Shown here: positions 22,067 to 33,758 of the stretch, piece after piece | Position numbering within the stretch: the stretch's first letter is position 1 | Layout of the letters: each line of letters opens with the position of its first letter | NCBI GenBank assembly: GCA_965249575.1 | Contig: OZ252244.1 | Span: 3,616,001-3,680,000, forward strand | DNA from: Gemmatimonadales bacterium | GTDB taxonomy: Bacteria; Gemmatimonadota; Gemmatimonadetes; Gemmatimonadales; GWC2-71-9 | Direction: 5' to 3' | Length of the DNA: 64,000 nucleotides | Position numbers and translations under genes: made by a program | Notes under the pieces: model-generated | Seen by the model: the letters and a program-made list of their open reading frames with translations, nothing else | Told to the model about the DNA's origin: nothing | The model's database searches: none

Positions 22067-23467
22067 TCACGACGGGACGGAGTGGACCGCCGGGCGCGTG
22101 CCGGCTCCGGTCGATCGGGCTTCCGGAATCTCGGTTGGGTATTGGCCGGAGAAGCAGGCGTGGCAGAAACGGGTGGGGTCGCCCCCCACCGCCCGCAGCA
22201 TGCCCGGTAGCGATAGATAGCCGAGGCTGTCCACGCCCAGGTGCCCACGGATTTCGTCGACCTCGTGACTCGCCGCGATCAGTTCGTCCCGGGTAGGCGT
22301 GTCGATGCCGTAGTGGCAGGGCCCGGTGATCGGGGCAGACGCAACACGAAAGTGGACTTCGCGCGCGCCAGCCTGGCGGATCATCTGCACGAGCGCTCTA
22401 GAGGTCGTCCCGCGGACCAGGGAGTCATCCACCACCACCACGCTGTTACCCGCGATTACATCGGTGACCGGGTTGAACTTGATGCGCACCTTCGCCGTCC
22501 GGGAAGCCTGGCCGGGATTGATGAAGGTGCGTCCCACATAGTGATTGCGAATGAGACCATGTTCGAGTTTTAGGCCGCTGGCCTCCGCGTATCCGAGTGC
22601 CATTGCGTTTGACGAATCCGGTACCGAGAAGACGCAGCTTGCGCCGGGAGTCGGGTGCTCGCGGGCGAGTTGACGGCCAAGGTCCCGCCGGACGCGGTCG
22701 ACGGATTCGCCGAACACGGCGCTGTCGGGGCGGGAGAAGTAAATCAGCTCGAAAACGCATCGCTTGGGAGGCTTCGGTGGAAGCGAAGGCAAGTCGACGA
22801 TCCGCCCATCGACGATCTTCACCCAGTCGCCGGGGTTCAACTCCCGAATTACGCGGGCCCCGACGATATCGAGTGCGCACGTTTCGGAGGCTAGCACGTA
22901 GCCACCATTTAGTGAACCCAACACGAGGGGGCGAAAGCCCCGCGGGTCCACGATGGCGTAGAGCGTCCGGCCAATGGCGAGTAGCAGAGAGTAAGCCCCC
23001 TCGACGCGTTCGAGGGCGTCGAGGATCTGATCCTCGGGCTCCCGAGCGTCGGAGCGCGCCATGAGATGGACGAGCACCTCCGAATCGGAGGACGATTGGA
23101 AAATGGACCCACTGCGAACGAGGTCGTTTCGAAGGTTCGGGGCGTTGATGAGGTTGCCGTTGTGTGCCAGGACCAGGGACCCGCGGTGATATTTCGCTAC
23201 GACCGGCTGGGCGTTGGCGATCACGGAGCTGCCCGTGGTCGAATAACGGGTATGACCGATCGTGATATCGCCCTCGAGGCGCTCGAGCACATCGCGGGCA
23301 AATAGCTCCTGAACGAGTCCCATTCCGCGGTGCTCGATAACGGAGCCGTTCTTGCGTATCGCGACGATTCCGGCGGACTCCTGCCCCCGGTGTTGAAGCG
23401 CGTACAGGCCAAGGTAGGTTAGCTGGGCCGCGTCGGCGAGACCATACACTCCGAAGATGCCGCACAT
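22067..23467 (-). CDS. purF: Amidophosphoribosyltransferase
   Basis: N-terminal MCGIFG, QHRGQESAGI, HTRYST, HNGNL, VVVVDDSLVRGTT. Confidence 0.97.
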   Translation of the reverse strand: MCGIFGVYGLADAAQLTYLGLYALQHRGQESAGIVAIRKNGSVIEHRGMGLVQELFARDVLERLEGDITIGHTRYSTTGSSVIANAQPVVAKYHRGSLVLAHNGNLINAPNLRNDLVRSGSIFQSSSDSEVLVHLMARSDAREPEDQILDALERVEGAYSLLLAIGRTLYAIVDPRGFRPLVLGSLNGGYVLASETCALDIVGARVIRELNPGDWVKIVDGRIVDLPSLPPKPPKRCVFELIYFSRPDSAVFGESVDRVRRDLGRQLAREHPTPGASCVFSVPDSSNAMALGYAEASGLKLEHGLIRNHYVGRTFINPGQASRTAKVRIKFNPVTDVIAGNSVVVVDDSLVRGTTSRALVQMIRQAGAREVHFRVASAPITGPCHYGIDTPTRDELIAASHEVDEIRGHLGVDSLGYLSLPGMLRAVGGDPTRFCHACFSGQYPTEIPEARSTGAGTRPAVHSVPS

Positions 23468-23476
23468 GGTTGTCGG

Positions 23477-25759
23477 TCAGCTTGCTCCTTCTGGTACTAG
23501 GACGTCCATAGTGTTTCTCATGGCCCCGTCGTAAACCGCATGGAGCTCCATGAGATCCCATCGGAGGGTAGCCGTTTGCGTTCGGATCTCCAAGGGGTCG
23601 CGCTCGCTACCCACGATGCCGATTGGCCAGGCGGGGACACCAAACTCGCCCGCCAGGGAGACGACCGGGGTAGCGAGATCGGGTGGAACACTGATAATGG
23701 CCCGGGCCTGGTCCTCTCCGAACAGCAGCCCGATGTCTCCGATCGAATCCTGGATGTCCGCGAGGTCGACCCGTACTCCGACCGGGTCGCCGTACGGTGC
23801 ACCCATGGATGCCTCTGCCAGGGCTACTGCCAGGCCTCCCTCGCTCAGGTCGTGTGCGGATCGTACCAGGCGCTCCGACGCCACAGTCACTAAGAAGTCG
23901 ACGAGTCGGCGCTCTCGATCCAAGTCGACTGGGGGCGGTGCGCCCGCGACCGAATTCAACAAGTACGCCCAGTAGGCTGAGCCGCCCAAGTGGCCGGCCG
24001 TCTCGCCAAGCACGATGATTGCGTCCCCCGAGACGCGAAAGTGGGATCCCACGGCCTTTTCGACGTCGTCGAGGAATCCTACCATCCCAATCACCGGTGT
24101 TGGATCTATTGTCCCCGCAGGGCTTTCATTGTAAAAGGATACATTCCCCCCCGTCACGGGGGTATGAAGCGTACGACAGGCCTCGCTGATACCTCGACAG
24201 GCTTCACGGAATTGGTAGAAGACATGCGGCCGCTCCGGGCTGCCGAAATTGAGGCAGTTCGTGATGCCGATGGGGCGGGCCCCAGTGCAGGCCACGTTGC
24301 GGGCGGCCTCGGCAACGGCCGCCTTGCCTCCCTCGAAGGGATCCAGAAGCACGTAGCGGGAGTTGCAGTCGGTTGCGAGTGCGATACCGAGGTTGGTGTT
24401 CGGAATGCGGACCAACGCGGCGTCGCCGCCCGGACCCACGATGGTCGAGGCCTGCACCGTCGAATCATACTGTTCGAAGACCCACCGCTTGCTGCCTAGC
24501 GAAGGCGTTTTCAGGAGGCTCGGTAGCGCCTGGTCCGGCGAAGGGGCTGAGCCGCCCGGCCACCGCCCGCGCCGCTCTGCAGCGCCGCCGGCTTCCTCGG
24601 CAGGCGGCTCGTACACGGGGCAGTCGTCGACCAGTCTCATTCCCGGGATCTCCGCAACGACCTGGTCGCCGTGACGCACGCGGAAGAATCCGTCACCGGT
24701 CACGTGGCCGATGGACGTAGCCTCGAGCTCCCACTTCTCGGCGATGCGGCGCACGTCGTCTACGCGGTCGTGAAGCGCAACGACGAGCATGCGCTCTTGC
24801 GATTCTGACAGGAGGATCTCGTACGGGGTCATGCCCGGCTCGCGGATCGGGACTTGGGAGACGTCGAGCTCGACTCCCACCCGCCCGCGGGCGGCCATTT
24901 CGGCCGATGACGACGTCAGCCCCGCCGCCCCCATGTCCTGAATCGCAACGATGTGACCGGAGGCGATCAACTCGAGACTCGCCTCGAGGAGGAGCTTCTC
25001 GGTGAACGGATCGCCAACTTGTACCTGTGGGCGCCGTGCCTCGCTCGCCTCGCTCAGTTCCTCCGACGCGAACGAGGCCCCATGGATGCCATCCCGTCCA
25101 GTGCGGGCACCTACAGCGAGGAGGACGTTCCCCACACCGGACGCGACGGCTCGCATGAGGTCTTCCTCGCGCAACAGCCCAACGGACATCGCGTTGACCA
25201 GCGGGTTGCCGCTATAAGAATCTCCGAACGCGACCTCGCCCCCGACGGTGGGTACGCCAACGCAGTTTCCGTAGTCGCCGATACCCCGAACGACCCCCTC
25301 GAGCAGGTAGCGATTGCGGGCGTCGGTGAGCGGACCAAAGCGGAGGCTGTTGAGGAGGGCCACGGGGCGTGCGCCCATGGTGAAGATATCGCGGAGGATG
25401 CCTCCGACCCCCGTGGCTGCCCCCTGATACGGCTCAACTGCTGAGGGGTGGTTGTGCGACTCGATCTTGAACGCCACGGCCCACCCGTCTGCCAAGCGCA
25501 GGACTCCGGCGTTCTCGCCGGGCCCCTGGAGTACTTGCGCTCCGTCGGTCGGGAACTGCTTCAGGACTGGCCGTGAATGCTTGTAGGAGCAGTGCTCGCT
25601 CCAGAGAGCCGAGAAGATACCAAGCTCAGTGAACGTCGGCTCGCGGCCGAGAATCTCCCGGATCTGCTCGTACTCCGCTTCGTTGAGCCCGTGCTCGCGG
25701 ACCAACTCCGGCGTGATTGGGGGATCGCCGGGGTACCGGCCCGCCCCCGCCGGCTTCAT
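23477..25759 (-). CDS. purL: Phosphoribosylformylglycinamidine synthase subunit PurL
   Basis: [41 protein letters not shown]. Confidence 0.97.
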   Translation of the reverse strand: MKPAGAGRYPGDPPITPELVREHGLNEAEYEQIREILGREPTFTELGIFSALWSEHCSYKHSRPVLKQFPTDGAQVLQGPGENAGVLRLADGWAVAFKIESHNHPSAVEPYQGAATGVGGILRDIFTMGARPVALLNSLRFGPLTDARNRYLLEGVVRGIGDYGNCVGVPTVGGEVAFGDSYSGNPLVNAMSVGLLREEDLMRAVASGVGNVLLAVGARTGRDGIHGASFASEELSEASEARRPQVQVGDPFTEKLLLEASLELIASGHIVAIQDMGAAGLTSSSAEMAARGRVGVELDVSQVPIREPGMTPYEILLSESQERMLVVALHDRVDDVRRIAEKWELEATSIGHVTGDGFFRVRHGDQVVAEIPGMRLVDDCPVYEPPAEEAGGAAERRGRWPGGSAPSPDQALPSLLKTPSLGSKRWVFEQYDSTVQASTIVGPGGDAALVRIPNTNLGIALATDCNSRYVLLDPFEGGKAAVAEAARNVACTGARPIGITNCLNFGSPERPHVFYQFREACRGISEACRTLHTPVTGGNVSFYNESPAGTIDPTPVIGMVGFLDDVEKAVGSHFRVSGDAIIVLGETAGHLGGSAYWAYLLNSVAGAPPPVDLDRERRLVDFLVTVASERLVRSAHDLSEGGLAVALAEASMGAPYGDPVGVRVDLADIQDSIGDIGLLFGEDQARAIISVPPDLATPVVSLAGEFGVPAWPIGIVGSERDPLEIRTQTATLRWDLMELHAVYDGAMRNTMDVLVPEGAS

Positions 25760-26073
25760 CCCGCGCGAACGCCCCGCACACCGCGCATGATGGCGGAGAA
25801 GATGTCACCGACGCCGCCCCCCTCGGTGCGTATCAGACGTTCAGCTTCGCCGGCATCGAACCATACACCGAGGCACTCGCGGCAGCGGTCCACTTCGATC
25901 CCCCGATAGTCCTCAGTCTCGAGGTTCGCGCCGCACTTCGGGCATTTCATCAAATGGCTCTGCCGTTCGGCGTCCTTCTCCGCTCGCTCGGCTGCCTCCC
26001 GCCGCGCCTTCAGGATCTCCGCCTCTCTCTTCGCGAAGTACTCTTCCTCATTGCGGCTGGGCTTGTCGCTCAC
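25756..26073 (-). CDS. zf-TFIIB-type zinc-ribbon protein
   Basis: [28 protein letters not shown]. Confidence 0.85.
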   Translation of the reverse strand: MSDKPSRNEEEYFAKREAEILKARREAAERAEKDAERQSHLMKCPKCGANLETEDYRGIEVDRCRECLGVWFDAGEAERLIRTEGGGVGDIFSAIMRGVRGVRAG

Positions 26074-26622
26074 GAAGGCCCTCCAGACGCCTCGAAGTCC
26101 ACTACGTTCGCGACCGGTTCCCGGCCCGGCGGTGACGAAGACACGCCGCTGTACGTGTGTCCAGAGCCTCGAACAATGGCATCGACCACCTGCCCGCCCT
26201 CGAGGAAAACGACGTCATAAGTGCCGCAGCGGCGCTCGCAACCGTTCCGGTAGTTAGAGAAAGGTCCAGGCACCGTCACCTCGCTCGAGCACGGGATCTC
26301 CCCAGATCGACAGCACTTCTTCTCGGGTCATTCCGGGATTCACGATGCCGCTGAAATTGGGCGTCCAAGGCACCTCGTCCCCCACGCTGGGCGTCGCCGC
26401 GCGTTGATCGGCCGATGGAGGTCTAGGTGGCGGGGGAGGAGGAGCCTGCGACTGGACAGGTGGTGGCGCGGACTCGGGCTGTGCCGGAACGTCGGATTGT
26501 ACCGCACCGGCAGGCTCGGGAGTAGCAGCCGGCTCCTCCGGAGCTTTGCCGACGAAGGGCAGTTTGTCACAGCCAAGAAGCCCTGCCGTTAGGGCGATCA
26601 TGAGTAGCGCTCGCACGTTCAT
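26070..26622 (-). pseudogene. Pro-rich lipoprotein (BamE/SmpA-like domain), +1 frameshift near 26254
   Basis: Lipobox LLGC, GMTREEVLSIWGDP. Removing one A gives WTFLYYRNGCERRCGTYDVVFL. Start and stop overlap the neighbouring genes. Confidence 0.65.
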
Positions 26623-27305
26623 CGCGTCCCTCCTAGCGAGAGTCCTACGCGTCCGACGAGTGACTCGAACACCTTCGCGCCCGCGCGCTCTCCGAGCACG
26701 GGGTCCGAGGCGCGCTCCGGATGCGGCATCACTCCCACGACGTTTCGGGTGGCGTTAGTGATGCCGGCAATGTCTCGAGCGGAGCCGTTCGGGTTGAGGT
26801 CGACGTACCGAAGGACCACCTGTCCCTCCGCTTCGATCTCACGAAGCACGTCTTCTGGTGCAACGAATCGACCCTCCCCGTGCGCCACGGGCACCGTAAA
26901 GATAGCACCCCGCTCGAACGCCGTGGTGAACGGCGTGTCGGTTGCCTCGACCGAAACCCGAACGGGACGGGAAACGAACCGCTGCCCCGCGTTGCGCACC
27001 AGCGCACCCGGAAGCAGGCCGGCCTCGCAGAGCACTTGAAACCCATTGCAAATGCCGAGGACCGGGCCTCCTGCCTGTGCAAGCTCCTTCACCGCGCGCA
27101 TGACGGGGCTGAATCGGGCGATCGCACCTGCCCGAAGGTAGTCTCCGTAGGCAAATCCTCCGGGGAGGATTGCCGCGTCCGCCTGCCGCAAGTCCGAGTC
27201 ACGATGCCACACGAAATACGCGTCCGCCCCCTGCTGATGGACCGCGTAGAGGGTATCGGCATCGCAGTTGGAGCCAGGAAATCGGACGACTGCTACGCGG
27301 GTCAT
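26619..27305 (-). CDS. purQ: FGAM synthase glutaminase subunit
   Basis: FPGSNCD, PGGFAYGDYLR, GICNGFQ, AHGEG, MPHPER. Confidence 0.97.
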   Translation of the reverse strand: MTRVAVVRFPGSNCDADTLYAVHQQGADAYFVWHRDSDLRQADAAILPGGFAYGDYLRAGAIARFSPVMRAVKELAQAGGPVLGICNGFQVLCEAGLLPGALVRNAGQRFVSRPVRVSVEATDTPFTTAFERGAIFTVPVAHGEGRFVAPEDVLREIEAEGQVVLRYVDLNPNGSARDIAGITNATRNVVGVMPHPERASDPVLGERAGAKVFESLVGRVGLSLGGTR

Positions 27306-27559
27306 TCGGCCTCACTCACCGCAAACGTGAAGTCTTCCGTCACCGGGTTCGCAAGCAGGCGCTCGCACATGGCTCTAGTGTCCCGCTCGGCGGTCGAGCG
27401 ATCCCCTCGATCGAGCTCGAGTGTCAGCGCACGCCCGACTCGCACCGAGTCCACGCCGACGAAACCGAGCGACGTCAGTGCATGCTGAACCGCCGATCCC
27501 TGCGGATCGAGCAGTGATTCCCGAGGCATCACCCGCACTTCGGCGGCAAAGCGTGTCAT
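27302..27559 (-). CDS. purS: FGAM synthase subunit PurS
   Basis: LLDPQG, VRVGR, LLANPVTEDF. Confidence 0.93.
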   Translation of the reverse strand: MTRFAAEVRVMPRESLLDPQGSAVQHALTSLGFVGVDSVRVGRALTLELDRGDRSTAERDTRAMCERLLANPVTEDFTFAVSEAE

Positions 27560-27564
27560 TCCGA

Positions 27565-28404
27565 TCAGTTCCCTCGTCCTGGGGGTTCCCACCTCGCCCG
27601 CGGTGCCCGAATGTCATGGACGATCTCGGATTCCTCTGAATCCTCACCGAGCCCATCGTCGTCTCGCTCAGCGATCGCCACAACCGCAGCCCGCGCCAAC
27701 CCATACGACAGATACGCGATCCCAAGTGGAAAGAAGAAGATATCGCGCCGCCAAATGCCGAACCCCAGGATCGTGAGATTCGTGCCAAGGCCGATGAGGC
27801 CTCGGGGAGTTCGAAAACCCATCCGAGGCAACTTCGCATATCGCACCGTACTGACCATTGCGATGCTCAAGGCGATGGTCAAGAAGATGAGGATCTGCGA
27901 CCAAGGCAGGGTCGCGAGTTGGCTACGGTAGAAGTCCGTTTGCGAAAAGGGATAGTAGGTCGCGAGGGTCATCCCGGCCGCCGGCGAGGGAAGGCCGGAG
28001 AATCCGCTGTGCGGGGAGTCGAGGCTCCTGACGTTGTATCGTGCCAGTCGCAGCGCCACGCATACCACGAACCCGTAGGAGAATACCCACGCGAACGCGC
28101 CCAGGCTCTCGAGCAGGAGGAAATAGATGAGAAAGGAGGGTGCCACGCCGAAGCTCACGATGTCGACCAGGGAATCGAGCTCCCCACCGAAGCGCGATCC
28201 CGTATTGCTCATGCGTGCAAGCAAGCCATCGAGCATGTCCAGCACGCCCGAGATGACGATATACCAACTCGCCCGATAGAACTCACCTTGAGACGCAAGG
28301 ACGATCGACCAGATTCCGAAGAACAAATTAGCCAGGGTGAATATGCTCGGCACGACGACTACAATCCGTCGCACCCCGCGCCGCCGCCCTCGCACCGATC
28401 TCAT
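27565..28404 (-). CDS. pssA: CDP-diacylglycerol--serine O-phosphatidyltransferase
   Basis: PSIFTLANL, DMLDGLLAR, GGELDSLVDIVSFGVAP, LRLARYN, GLPSP. Confidence 0.92.
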   Translation of the reverse strand: MRSVRGRRRGVRRIVVVVPSIFTLANLFFGIWSIVLASQGEFYRASWYIVISGVLDMLDGLLARMSNTGSRFGGELDSLVDIVSFGVAPSFLIYFLLLESLGAFAWVFSYGFVVCVALRLARYNVRSLDSPHSGFSGLPSPAAGMTLATYYPFSQTDFYRSQLATLPWSQILIFLTIALSIAMVSTVRYAKLPRMGFRTPRGLIGLGTNLTILGFGIWRRDIFFFPLGIAYLSYGLARAAVVAIAERDDDGLGEDSEESEIVHDIRAPRARWEPPGRGN

Positions 28405-29048
28405 CTGGACCACTCGGCGAGTACGGTGGTCCCAGCCCGGGCACGCTCGCCGACGGTAACGAGCACGCGGGTGCTCGCGGGGACGAACAAGTCGACACGT
28501 GAGCCAAATCGAATGATACCCAGACGCTCTCCCTGTTTCACTGAAGCCCCGACAAGGTCGTCCGTGACGATGCGACGGGCAATGAGGCCGGCGATCTGTC
28601 GGACGAGGATGGGTCCGCCTGCCGCGCGGATCCCCAGTGACATCTGCTCGTTGTATTCACTCGCCTTGTCGAGCGTGGCGTTGAAGAACTTGCCCTCTCT
28701 GTAAGCGCGGTACTCGACGTCCCCCGATGCGGGATACCGATTGACGTGTACCGAGAAGACGTTCATGAACACCGAAATCCGAATCGCCGGACCACGGATA
28801 TAATCCGGCTCCTCCACGGCTAGCACGCTCACGATCCGTCCATCCGCGGGTGCAAGGAGCAGGTCGTCCCCGCGAGGCCCCGAGCGGGTGGGGTCTCGAA
28901 AGAACGCGACAACCCAGAGCGCGGCGGGCGCCCACAGCACCGCGGCGAGGGTCCAGCCACCTCCCCGTAGCAGCGCCAGAATGACCAGTGCGCCCAGCAT
29001 CCCGAAAGCCGCCGTGACGAAGGGGAGGCCCTCCGGGGCGAGTTTCAC
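28401..29048 (-). CDS. psd: Phosphatidylserine decarboxylase proenzyme
   Basis: [26 protein letters not shown], cleavage motif FGSRVD. Confidence 0.93.
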   Translation of the reverse strand: MKLAPEGLPFVTAAFGMLGALVILALLRGGGWTLAAVLWAPAALWVVAFFRDPTRSGPRGDDLLLAPADGRIVSVLAVEEPDYIRGPAIRISVFMNVFSVHVNRYPASGDVEYRAYREGKFFNATLDKASEYNEQMSLGIRAAGGPILVRQIAGLIARRIVTDDLVGASVKQGERLGIIRFGSRVDLFVPASTRVLVTVGERARAGTTVLAEWSR

Positions 29049-29971
29049 GCGAGGGTGGGAAGTGTCTCACCCGTTATCCGCCGGTACGCATCGATGTAAC
29101 GCTCGCTGGTGGCGTCCACGACGCTCGGTGGAAGAGGGGGTGGAGGGGCCTCACCGTCCCAAGTCCCGCCCCGCTTCAGATCGTCGAGGTAGTCTCTCAA
29201 CGGCTGCTTGTCGAAACTCGGCTGTTTGCGTCCGGCCTCGTATCGGTCGGCGGGCCAGAACCTCGACGAGTCGGGAGTGAGCGCTTCGTCGATCAGGATC
29301 AGCTCCCCGGCCGCCGAGTGTCCGAACTCGAACTTGGTGTCGGCGATGATGATTCCTCGTTCCGCCGCCCCATCCCGTCCCGTCCCGTACAGCAGGCCGC
29401 TAGTCTCGCGGAGACGCCCGGCGAGCGCGACGCCCACCTCCGCGCGCAACCGGTGGAAGGTGATGTTCTCGTCGTGACCGGACTCGGCCTTGGTTGCGGG
29501 CGAAAAGATGGGCGGGTCGAGTGGAGCGCTTTCTACCAGCCCGGTCGCCAACGGTTCTCCGGCCAGCGTTCCCCGCTTACGGTACTCCGCCCATGCGGAA
29601 CCGGATAAGTATCCTCGAACCACGCATTCGAACGGGATTGGGTCGGCAGCGTGGGCGAGCATGGCACGCCCGTGCAGCATGGAGCGGTGGCCTGATAGAG
29701 CGGGCACCCGGGCGATGATCTCGTCGACATCCGCCGAGATGAAATGATTGGGCACGATGTCAGCGAGGATGCGGAACCAATAGGCGCTCAATTGGGTGAG
29801 AACCGCGCCCTTGTGAGGTACGGGCTCAGCCATGACAACATCGAAGGCGCTGATCCGGTCGCTGGTCACCACAAGCAACGCTTTGTCGTCGACCTCGTAG
29901 ACCTCCCGGACCTTGCCGCGACGCTTGAGGGGCAGGGGAAGCATGCTTTCGACTAGCGGAGTGGCATTCAT
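29045..29971 (-). CDS. purC: SAICAR synthetase
   Basis: [43 protein letters not shown]. Confidence 0.97.
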   Translation of the reverse strand: MNATPLVESMLPLPLKRRGKVREVYEVDDKALLVVTSDRISAFDVVMAEPVPHKGAVLTQLSAYWFRILADIVPNHFISADVDEIIARVPALSGHRSMLHGRAMLAHAADPIPFECVVRGYLSGSAWAEYRKRGTLAGEPLATGLVESAPLDPPIFSPATKAESGHDENITFHRLRAEVGVALAGRLRETSGLLYGTGRDGAAERGIIIADTKFEFGHSAAGELILIDEALTPDSSRFWPADRYEAGRKQPSFDKQPLRDYLDDLKRGGTWDGEAPPPPLPPSVVDATSERYIDAYRRITGETLPTLA

Positions 29972-31404
29972 ACGGTGATCTCGACCTCGTCGGTTACGGA
30001 ATAGGCACGAACTGATTCTAGCAGCGAGGCAAGCGGACCCTCGACGTACTCCAAGACCTGCTCGGGTGCGCGGCCCACGTAACCCGCCGGGTCGAGCTCT
30101 GCCCGCAGCGCGTCCGCGTCGATTTTCGCGAACGCGGGATCGGCCGAAAGCCTATCCAGCAGGTCGTTTGGCCCTCCTGCGGCCACCGCCTCTGCCACCG
30201 CTCGACTGTGGCGTCGAATGACCTCGTGGAGCTGCTGCCGATCGCCGCCGAGGCGCACTCCAACCATGAGCCAGCGCTCGGTTGCCATGAAGGGCATGGC
30301 GGCTGCTACGTTCCGCCGGACCACTGCCTCCCGCACCTCCAGGCCGGCGCTCAAGTTCGTCAAGAGAATGAGGAGGGCATCGGTGGCCAGTGTCGCGTCT
30401 GGCAACACGAGGCGACGGTTGGCGCTATCGTCCAGTGTACGTTCGAGCCACTGCGTCGCAGCGGTATAGGCGGTGTTTTCCCGCAAGGAAATGACGTAGC
30501 GACAGAGGGCACACACCCGCTCGGCCCGCATAGGATTGCGCTTGTACGGCATCGCGCTGGAACCCACTTGCTCTGCTTCGGCGGGTTCCAGCACCTCTCC
30601 CTCATGTTGGAGCAGTCGGAGATCGGTCGCGAACTTCGAGCCGGATTGGGCAATCCCACTCATGATGTCCAGCAGGCGGCTGTCGAGCTTGCGGGTATAG
30701 GTCTGTCCGCTCACGGCGATCGGCTCTTGGAAGCCGAAGGCGGCGGCGACCCGTCGATCGAGCTCGCGGACCTTGTCGTGATCGCCACCGCACAGCTCGA
30801 GGAAACTGGCCTGTGTTCCGGTAGTTCCCTTGCAACCCCGGAACGGGAGCGTCGCAATGGCGTCGCGACATGCGGCCGCATCGATCGCGAAATCCTGAAG
30901 CCAGAGCGCCGCCCGTTTGCCGACGGTCGTGAGCTGTGCGGGCTGAAAATGGGTGTAAGCCAGCGTCGGGGTAGACCGGTGCGTGCGCGCGAACCCCTCC
31001 AGCGACCGCAGAATGGCAACGAGCCTGCCCAGCAGCACCCGCAGGCTATCGCGGAGGATGATCAGATCGGCATTATCCGTAACGAACGCGCTAGTCGCGC
31101 CAAGGTGGATGAACGGGCGGGCGCGGGGTGCGTCATCGGCATACGCGTGAATGTGTGCCATGACGTCGTGGCGGAAACGACGCTCGTAGCTGCGGGCGGC
31201 ATCCAGGTTCACCGTGTCGAGATGCGCTCGCAGCTCCCCTATCGCTGCGTCCGGTATCTCCACTCCGAGGTGCCGCTGCTCCTCGGCGAGCGCCAGCCAT
31301 AGCCGTCGCCAGATGTAGGCGCGGTGCTCCTCGCTCCACAAGCGCTGCATCGCCGGCGAAGCGTAGCGCGTGGAGAGGACGGATTGGTAGCGGTCGTCGG
31401 TCAT
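29968..31404 (-). CDS. purB: Adenylosuccinate lyase
   Basis: [32 protein letters not shown]. Confidence 0.96.
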   Translation of the reverse strand: MTDDRYQSVLSTRYASPAMQRLWSEEHRAYIWRRLWLALAEEQRHLGVEIPDAAIGELRAHLDTVNLDAARSYERRFRHDVMAHIHAYADDAPRARPFIHLGATSAFVTDNADLIILRDSLRVLLGRLVAILRSLEGFARTHRSTPTLAYTHFQPAQLTTVGKRAALWLQDFAIDAAACRDAIATLPFRGCKGTTGTQASFLELCGGDHDKVRELDRRVAAAFGFQEPIAVSGQTYTRKLDSRLLDIMSGIAQSGSKFATDLRLLQHEGEVLEPAEAEQVGSSAMPYKRNPMRAERVCALCRYVISLRENTAYTAATQWLERTLDDSANRRLVLPDATLATDALLILLTNLSAGLEVREAVVRRNVAAAMPFMATERWLMVGVRLGGDRQQLHEVIRRHSRAVAEAVAAGGPNDLLDRLSADPAFAKIDADALRAELDPAGYVGRAPEQVLEYVEGPLASLLESVRAYSVTDEVEITV

Positions 31405-32853
31405 CGGACGTAGAAGTCGGTGTAGCTCAAGGCGTCGTTCCGCTCGAAGTATACCCGGATGGGCGTCCTGTCGGCGGCCGCGCGACGCGCACGGCTGACC
31501 TCCTCCGCGCGCTGAACCGGCTCTCGGTTGACCTGCAGAACGACATCCCCTACCTGCAGACCTGTGGCGCGGCGCGCGCCCTCGCCGATCTCGTAGATGA
31601 GGGCGCCACGTGCACTCTGGATGCCGCGTTCCTGACGAATCGCGGGCGTGACGGTGACGACCCTGATATCGCCCAGCACGGCGACCTTCTCGGCCCTTGT
31701 GGACGGAAGGTCTTCCACAACCAGAATCGTGGCTCGCTCTCTTCGCGCGCGCCGCAGGTCTACGACGAGGGAGTCGCCAACGCCAATGTCGAGCTTGACC
31801 CCCTCCCAGTCCAAGAAGGTCCGCAGCCGGCGGCCCCCCGCCCGGATCAGGACGTCATCGACTCGAACCCCAGCGCGCGCGGCGGGACCGTCGGGGGCAA
31901 CCGCCGCGACCCGAAGACCGCCGGTCTGTTTCCAGTCCCGCAAGCCTGAGCCCTGGACGTCGAGTCCCACCCACGCCCGCCGCACCGACCCGTGAACCTG
32001 GAGCTCACTCGCAACCCGGAGGGCCCGCTCGATGGGAATGGCGAACCCGATGCCCACTGACCCTCCGGTATTCGAGAATATCGAGCTGTTGACACCCACC
32101 ACCTCGGCGGCCGCGTTGGCGAGCGGTCCACCGCTGTTCCCAGGATTGACCGCGGCATCGGTTTGAATCATGCCGACATACAGGCCGGGCTGATCGTCCG
32201 AGGGGAGCAGGTTTCGATCGGTGGCGCTCACGACCCCGACGCTCACCGTCGGTTCGGTGTTCCCCAGCAGGTATCCATAGGGGTTCCCGAACGCCACGAC
32301 CCACTCTCCGATCATCAGATCGGCGCTCCGGCCGAGGCGCGCAGTGGCGAGATCGCGCCCCTCGATTCTGAGTACGGCGATGTCCGTTAGGGGATCCTCA
32401 CCGAGGAGGATCGCCGGGTAGTCGTCACCGCTACGGGTGGTAACGACGATCTGTTCGGCACCCTCGACGACGTGATGATTGGTGATGACGATCCCGTCGC
32501 GAGAGATGACGAATCCAGAGCCGATTCCTTGCACTTCCCGCTCGTACGCTCGCGGAACAGAAAAAATTCCATGGTGAGTACGCCGGGCGCTGCTCCCGCT
32601 TCACGACGTTGATGCTGACGACCGCAGGCGCGACACTCGCTGCGGCGCTGACGATGGCAGAGGCCCGGGATTCGGTGACCCCCAGGTGCTGCAGCGCGGT
32701 AGTGGTGGCCGTTCTCGAGGTGCCGGAATCGGTGGCTCGCGCCTCGGGGGTCGGCGTTTCGCACGCCATCAACGCGAGAGCGACCCCGAGCATGATCGTG
32801 CCCCTCAGGTTGGTAGCATGGCACCTTGGACTTCGAGGGTCACGAAGATTCAC
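31401..32853 (-). pseudogene. HtrA/DegP-like serine protease with two PDZ domains, frameshifted near 32560
   Basis: Lipoprotein-like LMAC and PAVVSINV in the 5' ORF; GSGFVI, TNHHVV, TDAAVNPGNSGG in the 3' ORF. The shift lies beside an A6 tract at 32561-32566. Confidence 0.85.
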
Positions 32854-33623
32854 GAATCGGTCCCGTAGCCGTTTCGATATCGCACGCCGACCAGATAAAG
32901 TCCCTCCGGGGGGGCTGGTGGACTGGCGTCGGCGTTGCTCGTTTCGGCGAGCAGCCTCGCCATGTCTTCGGCGGGGCGCCGCCGCTGCGCGACGTCGGCC
33001 ATCGTGCCCACCAGGAAGCGAACCATGCGGTGGAGGAAACGATCGGCTTCAATAGTGAAAATATACCCTTTCCCGCCGGGGCGTTCTTCCCAGTTCGCCG
33101 AGAGGATCGAGCAGCGGTAATGCGGTTTAGGCTGTCCCGCGGCGGAGAAGGCCCGGAAATCGTGTTCACCGGCGATGGGGCGCCGTGCTGCCTCGAGCAG
33201 GGTGTGGTCAAGCGGGTGCCCGAGCGCCCACTCGAATGGGTGTCGGAATGGAGATGAAGAGGCTGCGTCGCACCCGATCACGTAACAATATCGGCGGGAG
33301 AGCGCATCGCGGCGGGCGTTGAAACTCGTGGGGACCCGGTGGGTCGCCGCCACCCAGATGTCGTCCGGCAAGAGGGCATTCATCGCGCGCCGGAGATCCT
33401 GCTCGGACCACTCTTTCCCGGGCGTGAAGCTCACCGCCTGTCCCACGGCGTGTACCCCCGCGTCGGTCCTCCCGGCGGCGGTGGCCCGAACGGGACGCCC
33501 CGCCACCCGTTCCAGGACACGCTCGAATTCTCCCTGAATTGTCCGGTGGCTTTTCTGCCGCTGCCAACCGGCAAAACTGTGGCCGACGTAGTGGAGAATA
33601 GCGAGGAAGGAGGGGGCCGGCAT
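32850..33623 (-). CDS. truA: tRNA pseudouridine(38-40) synthase
   Basis: GWQRQ, AGRTDAGVHA, FNARRDA, HDFRAF, FLHRMVR, APPEGLYL. Confidence 0.95.
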   Translation of the reverse strand: MPAPSFLAILHYVGHSFAGWQRQKSHRTIQGEFERVLERVAGRPVRATAAGRTDAGVHAVGQAVSFTPGKEWSEQDLRRAMNALLPDDIWVAATHRVPTSFNARRDALSRRYCYVIGCDAASSSPFRHPFEWALGHPLDHTLLEAARRPIAGEHDFRAFSAAGQPKPHYRCSILSANWEERPGGKGYIFTIEADRFLHRMVRFLVGTMADVAQRRRPAEDMARLLAETSNADASPPAPPEGLYLVGVRYRNGYGTDS

Positions 33624-33632
33624 CCTCAGCTA

Positions 33633-33661
33633 AGTATAGGGCCGGCCGATGCTAGTGACAA
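33633..33661 (-). promoter_or_regulatory. sigma70 promoter for the truA-degP-pur operon
   Basis: TTGTCA-N17-TATACT, 9 nt upstream of the truA ATG. Confidence 0.7.
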
Positions 33662-33683
33662 GCACCACAAGGAGTTGCGGCAA

Positions 33684-33713
33684 TTGACAAACCGGTCGGC
33701 CGGCGGGTAGCTT
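33684..33713 (+). promoter_or_regulatory. sigma70 promoter for trpD
   Basis: TTGACA-N18-TAGCTT. Confidence 0.55.
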
Positions 33714-33758
33714 GACGCCGAAACGAGAGCCCTTTCCCGCCCACGCCGGAACTCGGCC

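Noticed and set aside
33714..33758. trp attenuator or leader peptide before trpD
   Set aside because: No short ORF with Trp codons and no terminator/antiterminator pair is visible.
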